A DNA stretch of 9,673 nucleotides from Caedibacter taeniospiralis (GTDB lineage: Bacteria; Pseudomonadota; Gammaproteobacteria; Francisellales; Francisellaceae), in the NCBI RefSeq assembly GCF_002803295.2, contig NZ_PGGB02000004.1, positions 40,842-50,514 of the forward strand. Direction: 5' to 3'. Under the pieces are notes generated by a model. The model did no database searches, was not told the origin of the DNA, and was given only the letters and a program-made list of their open reading frames with translations. Shown here piece after piece: positions 1-7,755 of this stretch. Each line of letters opens with the position of its first letter. Position 1 is the first letter of the stretch. Made by a program: the position numbers and the translations under genes.

Positions 1-240
1 GCGGCTCAAGAATTTGAAACCCTACTTGGTAAAAACAGCCTTAGACTCTGGAGACATTATGACCCAGTGTCAGCTGTGCCCATGGGAAGGTTGGGGTATA
101 AGCACGTTGGTAAGAGTTTGAAACTGCCTTATATGAGCTATTTTAACCCTGGTGAAAATCATAAAATGCAGTATACAATCGATGAGATCGCATCAGTATA
201 TACCATACGTCCTGATGAAGCCCACAAAGGGTGGTTTTAA
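1..240 (+). CDS. C-terminal fragment of a probable class-3 (alpha/beta hydrolase) lipase
   Basis: Frame 1 is open from the window edge to TAA at 238-240. The translation AAQEFETLLGKNSLRLWRHYDPVSAVPMGRLGYKHVGKSLKLPYMSYFNPGENHKMQYTIDEIASVYTIRPDEAHKGWF* contains a 'DPV..VP...LGYkHVG' block and a later 'H.m..Y', which resemble the catalytic Asp and His neighbourhoods of Lipase_3 proteins. The nucleophile region lies outside the window. Confidence 0.6.
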   Translation, partial: AAQEFETLLGKNSLRLWRHYDPVSAVPMGRLGYKHVGKSLKLPYMSYFNPGENHKMQYTIDEIASVYTIRPDEAHKGWF

Positions 241-308
241 ATTATCTGTTTATTGATCTAGCCATTTTTACTCTCGACTTAGGCGAATAATTCGCGCCAA
301 AGTGTATT

Positions 309-338
309 AGTGTGAGTAATCAGCGTCACACTCACACT
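309..338. promoter_or_regulatory. Perfect 9-bp inverted repeat with a 12-nt loop in the leader region between the lipase and the 441-aa gene
   Basis: AGTGTGAGT (309-317) and ACTCACACT (330-338). No downstream T-tract, so it is not a typical intrinsic terminator. Confidence 0.35.
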
Positions 339-473
339 GGCTGCGCACACTTAGTGATGGGCAGAGATATAGTCACCATCCTTTTCTCGCATTGGATATC
401 TAATGCAAATACAACTTATACGTAAATAACACAGGTCACTTGCTACCAGTACAGGGGGCAACTTTAGTGCTGC

Positions 474-1799
474 TTGCTTTTTGGGTTAGCGGTTATGCAG
501 TTATCCAATGCAACTACATTTAATCTGCACTGCAGATATCTCTTTAATGATCTTAAGACTAAGGAGATAACAGAAGACGCTATAACTTATCACAAGTACT
601 TTGAACCCAAAGATAGTGCTAAATCTATTAAATTATTTGATAAGCTTAGAGATCAAGAAATTTCAGTCTATGAATTTTCTAGATCAGATGCAGAAAACGC
701 GTTAAAAATCTGTGATAAAAATTTTAATGACAACAACTTAACGCGTACATTGATTTCTTTTGAACCCAGGGTTGACGATGTCAGTAGCTTTATCTCAAAT
801 AACTCCGTGTCGTCAATGTTTTATAGTCTCACTAGCTCACTAAAAAACTTTGTAAAACAGGCTAACAAACCTGGCTTTCCTGTCGTGTTTAAAGATGATG
901 ATAATGATTATGTAAGGCTTGTTGAGTATATCGATTATGATGTTCTATTCTCTAATGAAGAGAAACTTCCTTTAGCAAAAATATACGAGTTTTTAAAAAA
1001 GGCAAAACAAGAAAACAGTGAAGATCTAATAATTAAAAGCTCAGTTAAATCCTTTGTTGATCGAGTGCTACAGAAGACCTATAGGCTCGTGACTGATAAA
1101 AATAAAGCAATGGAAGCATCCAAGTTTCTTCAGGCAGTTGACCTGTTCACTCAGGGCACATTGCAGGCAAAACTTGTCGGGAAAAACTTAGGTACGAAAT
1201 TGTATGCGACTAGTAGCTTTAATTCTCAGAATACATATCTTATTGATCACATGAACCTATTCCCCATGGGATACTGGGGAACAAATGCGCAGGATATTGT
1301 TCAGAACCCATCTTCGCTTATAATCAATGAGTTAATGGAGGTTGACTTATCACAACCAAGTAAATCCTATAAATTTGTCACCAACCTGGTGGTTAATTCA
1401 GTATTTATGTCACACATTGTGCCTGTAACTATTGCCGTTGATACTCAAAACTCACGTATCAAAGTAAAGATCGTGGATTCTATGTTAACCTCTTTTAATA
1501 GTGAAAAAAAGACAATTGCTGAAGCTTTAGTTAATGCGCTCATCAGCGGATTACCTGCACTGAAAAACTATAAGATCGATATTAACGTCGTTTATAGTAA
1601 ACTGCAGGTTGCAGGCACTGTTGATTGCGCCAGGTTTACTTCTATTGGAATGTTGGCTGAACTACTTGATATCGACTATGAAAACATGCCTCCACTTTTA
1701 GTATATAAGCTGTTGGATATGTATAGTCTGGATTCAAATAAAGAAAAAGGAGAAGTCTTGTACGGTGCCAAGACAGTGCTAACCATGTCAGGCAAGTAA
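474..1799 (+). CDS. Uncharacterised 441-aa protein with a CE-clan-like (Ulp1/YopJ-like) C-terminal signature; possible cysteine protease/acetyltransferase
   Basis: Long ORF. The listed start is TTG at 474 and an in-frame ATG lies at 495, so the start is uncertain. Ordered residues: H314 (SHIVPVTIAVD), D335 (VKIVDS), Q378 and C385 (LQVAGTVDCARF). The coding call is strong; the functional call is a manual motif reading. Confidence 0.8.
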   Translation: MLFGLAVMQLSNATTFNLHCRYLFNDLKTKEITEDAITYHKYFEPKDSAKSIKLFDKLRDQEISVYEFSRSDAENALKICDKNFNDNNLTRTLISFEPRVDDVSSFISNNSVSSMFYSLTSSLKNFVKQANKPGFPVVFKDDDNDYVRLVEYIDYDVLFSNEEKLPLAKIYEFLKKAKQENSEDLIIKSSVKSFVDRVLQKTYRLVTDKNKAMEASKFLQAVDLFTQGTLQAKLVGKNLGTKLYATSSFNSQNTYLIDHMNLFPMGYWGTNAQDIVQNPSSLIINELMEVDLSQPSKSYKFVTNLVVNSVFMSHIVPVTIAVDTQNSRIKVKIVDSMLTSFNSEKKTIAEALVNALISGLPALKNYKIDINVVYSKLQVAGTVDCARFTSIGMLAELLDIDYENMPPLLVYKLLDMYSLDSNKEKGEVLYGAKTVLTMSGK

Positions 1800-1931
1800 T
1801 ACTCTCTTTAAATTGTAACTAAACTTCCACTACTACCTGCTAAAGCACGTAGCTTAGAACACACTTGAAAAGCGGATTGATTGCTGAAGCAACGTCAACT
1901 GCTACTCGCCTTAAGGGGCGTTAGCCTGATT

Positions 1932-2696
1932 TTAGTGTGGTGATACAGTGAAATTATCATTGGTATGATGCTGCTTCTGATTCTCGGTATGCTGTTGTGC
2001 CTGGCTTTCATTCAAATACTCAAGGCGTGCACGAAACATGTAACCTGCCCTATTAATCGTTGTAATCAGGGGCTCCTCCGTTGACTCTATTGGCAGCTTT
2101 TTTCTAAGCTTACTGATCAATACATCAACGGTTCTGTCGAGTCCGTCATAGGGGCGACCGTAAACATACCAACATAGCTCATCTCTTGAGACAACCTGGT
2201 ATGGTTTATTGAGCAAAATACTTAGCGCTAAAAACTCAGACAATGTAAGCCGATGATGTTTACCTTTAATGTCCACTACACATTTACGCACTACATCTAA
2301 ACAAAAACCATTAAAAAAAACAGACTGAGGGCTTTTGTTACTCTTTCGTTTTAACCTTATGAGTGTTGAGCGTATCTTTGCAGCAACAATTTTAATATCT
2401 ACTTCGTGATGGATATAATCTGTAATGCCACATTCATACAGCTCTACTTCCCGATTTATATCGATTTTATCCCCAATGACCATGACGGTGATTACATACT
2501 TCTTATGGAGCTCTCTACACAAGTCAATGATTGAAATGCCTGAAATCTGGTAGGATAAAATCACAAAATCAATGGGTTGTACCATTAATGTCTTATCTAA
2601 CTGCAAGGGATTGTAACACCTGATAAAATGACACTCTTGTAGATAACGACCTAATTGATCTATATACCTTTTATCAATGCCTAATGTTAAAATCAA
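1932..2696 (-). CDS. OmpR/PhoB-family winged-helix transcriptional regulator with a degenerate receiver domain
   Basis: The C-terminal half 'LTLSEFLALSILLNKPYQVVSRDELCWYVYGRPYDGLDRTVDVLISKLRKKL...PLITTINRAGYMFRA' matches the Trans_reg_C wHTH pattern. The N-terminal half aligns by eye with a receiver domain but lacks the canonical catalytic residues. Confidence 0.92.
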   Translation of the reverse strand: MILTLGIDKRYIDQLGRYLQECHFIRCYNPLQLDKTLMVQPIDFVILSYQISGISIIDLCRELHKKYVITVMVIGDKIDINREVELYECGITDYIHHEVDIKIVAAKIRSTLIRLKRKSNKSPQSVFFNGFCLDVVRKCVVDIKGKHHRLTLSEFLALSILLNKPYQVVSRDELCWYVYGRPYDGLDRTVDVLISKLRKKLPIESTEEPLITTINRAGYMFRARLEYLNESQAQQHTENQKQHHTNDNFTVSPH

Positions 2697-2955
2697 CTCC
2701 CAATTCCTAAATAAATAATAGCTAAAACTATGGGCTTCCCGATGACAAAAAATTTCACTATCTCTGCAACTTAGCCCATTGGGAGAAAACTCACACTTAG
2801 GGGGTTACCATCATGGATAGTGCATGAAATAGTCACTCTCCCCAGAGAGCATTCTAATGAAATTCTTATCAGAAGAATGCCGTCAATTGAAATCAATTGT
2901 AAAAATCTACAAGAATTTTCTGCACGGGTTTGGACAATAGCTTACCGTTACGCTT

Positions 2956-4431
2956 CTAACTTGACTCAAAACCTGCTTTGACAACCTTATCTAATAAATG
3001 TTGATTAGTTGATTTAAAAATTGATAGCTCAGGTGCGACAGACGTTACGGCACCCATGCCAACCGCGGCGGCAAGTGCTGCACCAGCGATTGTCCCAGGA
3101 ATGCCACCAACGATTGTGCCAACAATAGCTCCAATAATCATCATGACTGCCGCAACGAGAAACTTTGCCATCTCTGCAGCAAAACTGCCAAAAACTGGAG
3201 AGCGTTTAGCATTGTTTTCATAATCATTAAGTGCCTTAATTTTATCCTCACGGGTTTTGCCTTGGTCACTCACTGCCGCGATAACCTCATTAAGCTCACG
3301 CAATGAGGTTATATAAGCATCTCCTAAATTATGAAGGTGCTCCCTTTTTTCTACAGCAACCACCAGTTTGTCGTGTAATACGTTACAAGCTTTTTGGAAT
3401 TCAGAGCCTTCAGCTTCCTTACTTTTGCTCATAAGCTGTTTGAAACCGTTCTTAATAGCTTCAATCTGCTTTAATTTTTCCCACTGAGCTTGATTTAACG
3501 ATTTATTTTTTTCCAGTTCCACAACCTGTTGCTGAAGGTTTGTATTATCTTTTAAATAGGACCAGGCATCTTGGTCAATATCCTTCATTAATCGACTAAA
3601 GATCTCGGTATTGTTTTTCCAATTTTTGACCATGTCAGCATGAGGAGCCTTGAATAATTTTTTCATCTTTAAGTCAATACAACATTCATTTTCACTTATC
3701 TGTAAATAAGTCTGTAAATCTTTGGGTAACTGCTGATGGAATTCACTCAGTTCAAGCACTTTGTTCGGCTCGCCTAATTGTCCTTGAGAGTCAATCGTGG
3801 GTCTTTTCCCAGGAAGGCTGTGTTCAAAAATACTAAGACGTGCGTCTTGTGACAAACAATTTTCAACATGAACCAGTGTCAAGCCATCAAGCTTTATTTG
3901 AGTTTTATCCTCATCCAGAGCTTCTGTATCAGCTGCAGGAGTGTAGTAAAGCGTAACCGCATTTAATTGACCATTTTCATTGATGTAGCTGTAGCTTAAC
4001 CTGGTTTTTGCCAGAGTTTCTATCTGACTTTTACCCTGATTTTGCGCTATGATCAAATTAATACAAGTATCAAAGAACGCCTCAAAAAAGCGACCTTCAA
4101 ATTTGCCCTGCAAAAAACCAGGTTTACCTTTGGACAAAGTATACTCGTACAGCATTTGTTCTAAGGCATTGGAATTGCCGTCATTTGCTTTACTTAAAAA
4201 CTGAATTCTAGGAATATCTGTAAAAATATTCGCTTTTTGACTTTCATCTGATTTTGCATCATTTTGGTATATTCTTATGACCTCATTTTGATAGCCTGTT
4301 ATAACACCTGAAAGCTCAGGTGAAATCATGTCACTCAACTTGTTGTCAAGGGCTGTAACCCCTACCCCATAATCGCTCAACAGATCTGCCATATCAGCAT
4401 ATTTAAGTCCTGTCTTGATAACGCTTGGCAT
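2956..4431 (-). CDS. Uncharacterised 491-aa protein with a coiled-coil-like region and a C-terminal glycine-zipper-like hydrophobic segment
   Basis: Full ORF, ATG start preceded by AGGAG (ATAGGAGAAAAATAATG). Hydrophobic block MAKFLVAAVMMIIGAIVGTIVGGIPGTIAGAALAAAVGMGAVTSV near the C-terminus. No family recognised. Confidence 0.9.
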   Translation of the reverse strand: MPSVIKTGLKYADMADLLSDYGVGVTALDNKLSDMISPELSGVITGYQNEVIRIYQNDAKSDESQKANIFTDIPRIQFLSKANDGNSNALEQMLYEYTLSKGKPGFLQGKFEGRFFEAFFDTCINLIIAQNQGKSQIETLAKTRLSYSYINENGQLNAVTLYYTPAADTEALDEDKTQIKLDGLTLVHVENCLSQDARLSIFEHSLPGKRPTIDSQGQLGEPNKVLELSEFHQQLPKDLQTYLQISENECCIDLKMKKLFKAPHADMVKNWKNNTEIFSRLMKDIDQDAWSYLKDNTNLQQQVVELEKNKSLNQAQWEKLKQIEAIKNGFKQLMSKSKEAEGSEFQKACNVLHDKLVVAVEKREHLHNLGDAYITSLRELNEVIAAVSDQGKTREDKIKALNDYENNAKRSPVFGSFAAEMAKFLVAAVMMIIGAIVGTIVGGIPGTIAGAALAAAVGMGAVTSVAPELSIFKSTNQHLLDKVVKAGFESS

Positions 4432-4516
4432 TATTTTTCTCCTATGGTTAATGTTAATCTGAAGTGTAGAGTTTCTAACTGCGCGAAGTTGTTAGGGTAA
4501 CGGTGGGCGGAAAGAT

Positions 4517-4539
4517 AGTCATGACCGATTTTCATGACT
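4517..4539. promoter_or_regulatory. 8-bp perfect inverted repeat overlapping the stop codon of the 976-aa gene
   Basis: AGTCATGA (4517-4524) - CCGATTT - TCATGACT (4532-4539). The minus-strand stop TGA is at 4532-4534. Confidence 0.35.
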
Positions 4540-7462
4540 GCTTTTTCTCAACTTGACTGACTCCTGGCTGCTCATTGAAGATAATTTCATAATCTTCATA
4601 TGCACTGTCGTTGTCGTTATTGTCCTCTTCTGCTGAATAAAACACCTCATCATTTTCTCTTGCATCTTGATGATTATTAAGCTCAGACATATACGCAGTG
4701 TAATCAGCTGCGATTTTCTTAAGTTGCCCAAACTCAGCCTTATTAAGTTTTAGATCAGCTAAATCCTTGAAATCTTGCTCAGTGGGGTTAGCAAGCGTAA
4801 AAATAGCTTCTTCTAACTTATCAGAAATTGCAGACCCTTTTAGCTTTTGAAGGTTTTTAAGAATAGCCTTGGCTACCTTAATTTTATTGTTATCATTGTA
4901 GAGCGTGCCATGTTGGGATGTTTCGTATGTTTCCACCTGAGCAATTAATTTATCGATTAATTGATAATATTCAGGGTTAACATAGGTCATCTTTTGTGAA
5001 CCCAGTTCTTTATCAATGACGGTCTTATAGTTTCCAAGTTCCGTTTGAGCCTTTTTCAATTCCACAAGGTATGGCTGCTCTTGATTATCATTTATATACT
5101 GATCAATACTCTTTAGCGTCTTTATAATTTCCTGTTGCACTTCGTATAGATAAACACCACAGGCTCCTGTCGCAACAAGAATGGGATTCTGCTTGATTTT
5201 TTCAACAAATTCAGCGGTTGAGGTAATGGTTTGCTTTAGCCTTTGCAGATACGCTTCTGATGCTTCAGGAATAAAATTAACCTCATCATCATGCAGGGCA
5301 AAAAGATGATTATTGATCTGATCTTTTACCTCTGCTTTAAGCAGCGCCTTAGGCGTATAATTTAGTTTTGAACAAGCAATGGCGCTACGAATCAATTCTC
5401 CCATATTGTCTAAGGTTGGTCTATTTCCGACTAATAATGCGTCCGTAAATGCGTGATTTAACAAGTCTTTAGGATCTACAGACAATTTTTCTTTAAGAAA
5501 CAGGTTAATTGCCGCTTTAGTGTCGCCATCGAGCTTGTCATTGTTGGGGTCAACCAGAGCTGCCAGCTGTTTAAGCAGTAACGTATGATAAATACTGAAT
5601 TCATCAGTGTACGTAAACACCTGATTAAGAGGGTTATCTGCATTTAAATTAATCTCTGGCTTTTTTAACAGCGAAAACATAAAGTGCATGGACTGCGTTA
5701 AGTATTGATTGATATTGTCCTTGTCGAGTTTTAGGTCTTTGCCACTGGCAGGTAAGTTCAAAAGATGACGTAAGCTGTTGTCACCTTTTAAAATAAATGC
5801 CTGATTCTCATTTTCTACTGTGCCAAAAATAACATTAAGGCTTTTTGCTGCACTCTTTAACTCGTTTTGAGTGGTAATCTCTCTGACTTGAACCAAATCA
5901 TGCGCAACCCCACCAAGCGTATTAACATAGAAATCAGTGACATACTGAGGCAATGGCTTATTCTTAGGCAAGGCAGACACAATTTCGAATAGCTGATCTC
6001 TTATTTTTGTCTTGACATGAAATCTTTCAATAAACTCGCTATTGTTCCTATGATTCACATAATCTTGAGTTTTCTCAATACATGTTTTAAAAGCATTATC
6101 ATTAATGTCTGTTGTTAATGCCTTAGTAAAATGACCTGTCTGACGTTGCGCAGTCGCAGCAATTGGTTTAATAGCTTTGTCGCCTAGATCCGTTTCAATC
6201 CGTTTACTGTGGCGATAACGGGCGGCATACTCTTCAAGCCATGATTTGCTGGAGCCCACCAAGATATACGCATTATATAACTTTCCATCACATTGACTGC
6301 TGACATAGTTTTGCAGGTTCTTAATATCAACATTTGAAGTTGCGACCACTTGTTGTGTGTGCATCCTAAGCTTGACAGCCTCATTATCAATGGCATCGGT
6401 AATTTTCTTAAGTGCCTCACGATTCTCCTGGCTTCGCTTGAATGTGAGAGAGTCAAAGTATGACGGTAAAAAATAAGCAGCAATACCTATTAATACTCCA
6501 GCAACCAGTGCGATGCTCACTGGGGCAATAGCAAATACCAAAGCCCCTGCAGCCAGTCCTGCAATACTTGCTACCAAATAGGGATGTCTAGCAAGAATAG
6601 TGGGTTCATCCATCTGTTTTGCCAAAAAGCCACTCACTTCAGATAAAAAACCTACCTGCAACTGCTGAGTGAACGTATCAGGATCAACATGACCAAAATA
6701 ACGTTTTACAGTCCGCATAATTGCAGAACTGTTTTTATCATCCTGAATTTGCTCATTATGGATGGTATAAATCTCTTTAAATGTGTCGCGAAACACCTTA
6801 TCAAGCTCGGTTAAAAAATAAGTTTCAACCGCAATCTTAAATTCGTCAGCACTTGAAGCATCTTTAAGATTGCCTTTAAATTCAGCACGCATATCAATAG
6901 GCATATCAGGCTGTTTTCCAAATAACAAAGACTCGCGATAATGGAAAAGTCTAATAAATTTATTGGTCAGATCTTTGCTCAATTCTAAGAATCCTGACTC
7001 ATTAAGCTGTTTTTGAAACTCCTCTGAATCTATCGCAGGCTTTCTGACTTGACCTGAAACTCCAGGCCAGACATCATAAAAAGCTTTAGCTACTACACTA
7101 CTAATTGCCACACTGATACCAGCTACTGCAAGATTTTTTCCAGGGATAAAGTCAGGAACAGGAATTGCATTACTAAGTGCCTGGTTTACTAACAGACCAG
7201 TGGCAGCGCCTGCCCCTACTGCTAGCACACCATTTTTGACTTTAGCTCCCATAGATAATCCTTCAAACATATGAGCTATCTGTGCTGTAAATTTAGGATA
7301 TGACGTTTCCAATCGCATCATCAATAACTTTATTCTCTCCTCTGACTCTTTGGTCACTGACGTAGTTAAATTAAGCTGTGTCTTTATTGTTTTCTCAAGA
7401 TAGTTCTGATGGTTCTTTTGAACGTTACCCATCATGTTTTGAACTGATTGGTTATTTGGCAT
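4532..7462 (-). CDS. Uncharacterised 976-aa protein with two N-terminal-half hydrophobic regions, a long helical-looking C-terminal region and an acidic tail
   Basis: Full ORF, ATG start with AGGAG SD (AATAGGAGAAAATTATG). Hydrophobic regions at about residues 72-130 and 293-336. Acidic C-terminal stretch DEVFYSAEEDNNDNDSAYEDYE. Confidence 0.92.
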   Translation of the reverse strand: MPNNQSVQNMMGNVQKNHQNYLEKTIKTQLNLTTSVTKESEERIKLLMMRLETSYPKFTAQIAHMFEGLSMGAKVKNGVLAVGAGAATGLLVNQALSNAIPVPDFIPGKNLAVAGISVAISSVVAKAFYDVWPGVSGQVRKPAIDSEEFQKQLNESGFLELSKDLTNKFIRLFHYRESLLFGKQPDMPIDMRAEFKGNLKDASSADEFKIAVETYFLTELDKVFRDTFKEIYTIHNEQIQDDKNSSAIMRTVKRYFGHVDPDTFTQQLQVGFLSEVSGFLAKQMDEPTILARHPYLVASIAGLAAGALVFAIAPVSIALVAGVLIGIAAYFLPSYFDSLTFKRSQENREALKKITDAIDNEAVKLRMHTQQVVATSNVDIKNLQNYVSSQCDGKLYNAYILVGSSKSWLEEYAARYRHSKRIETDLGDKAIKPIAATAQRQTGHFTKALTTDINDNAFKTCIEKTQDYVNHRNNSEFIERFHVKTKIRDQLFEIVSALPKNKPLPQYVTDFYVNTLGGVAHDLVQVREITTQNELKSAAKSLNVIFGTVENENQAFILKGDNSLRHLLNLPASGKDLKLDKDNINQYLTQSMHFMFSLLKKPEINLNADNPLNQVFTYTDEFSIYHTLLLKQLAALVDPNNDKLDGDTKAAINLFLKEKLSVDPKDLLNHAFTDALLVGNRPTLDNMGELIRSAIACSKLNYTPKALLKAEVKDQINNHLFALHDDEVNFIPEASEAYLQRLKQTITSTAEFVEKIKQNPILVATGACGVYLYEVQQEIIKTLKSIDQYINDNQEQPYLVELKKAQTELGNYKTVIDKELGSQKMTYVNPEYYQLIDKLIAQVETYETSQHGTLYNDNNKIKVAKAILKNLQKLKGSAISDKLEEAIFTLANPTEQDFKDLADLKLNKAEFGQLKKIAADYTAYMSELNNHQDARENDEVFYSAEEDNNDNDSAYEDYEIIFNEQPGVSQVEKKQS

Positions 7463-7697
7463 AATTTTCTCCTATTACTCGATTTAATACTGATTTTTGC
7501 TCTTAATCAAAATTACTAAAATCAATGGCACCAAAATTTACTCTTCGATGCCCTTTAAGTTAAAAAATTAAACTCAACATTACAACATTTCATCTCTTTA
7601 TCGGACAGATTGATCAAATACAAACAAACCACTTCATCATTTAAGGTAGTGCCATTAATTCCATCATTATGTCCATACTTGCGGTTTTCCATTGCCT

Positions 7698-7712
7698 TAG
7701 CCACTGTGGCTA
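7698..7712. promoter_or_regulatory. Near-continuous palindrome, possible operator, upstream of the 403-aa gene
   Basis: TAGCCAC-T-GTGGCTA: 7-bp perfect arms with a single central base, located in the divergent intergenic region 43 bp upstream of ATG 7756. Confidence 0.35.
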
Positions 7713-7755
7713 GATATTTTCACGGTCATAAACTTCATTACCATAGACATTGATT

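Noticed and set aside
440-518. Alternative reading frame before the 441-aa gene encoding a signal-peptide-like stretch (LVLLAFWVSGYAVIQCNYI)
   Set aside because: It terminates at TAA within a few codons. It could hint at a frameshifted signal peptide, but there is no ATG and no homologue to compare, so I did not call a pseudogene or frameshift.
1907-1920. CGCC-TTAAGG-GGCG stem as an intrinsic terminator between the convergent genes
   Set aside because: It has only a 4-bp stem, and the following sequence (TTAGCCTGATTTT) has no immediate T-tract. Too weak to call.
2836-2849. CTCTC-CCCA-GAGAG small inverted repeat
   Set aside because: The 5-bp arms are short enough to be expected by chance and nothing contextual supports it.
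4519-4731. 70-aa minus-strand ORF from the ORF track
   Set aside because: It overlaps the 3' end of the well-supported 976-aa gene on the same strand in another frame, has low-complexity composition and shows no independent start signal.
6184-6483. 99-aa minus-strand ORF from the ORF track
   Set aside because: It is fully contained in the 976-aa gene in an alternative frame, with no recognisable domain, and is most likely a chance ORF.
7575-7589. CAACATT-A-CAACATT direct repeat in the divergent intergenic region
   Set aside because: It is short, AT-rich and has 8-bp spacing that does not match a known helical-phase regulator site. Plausibly chance.
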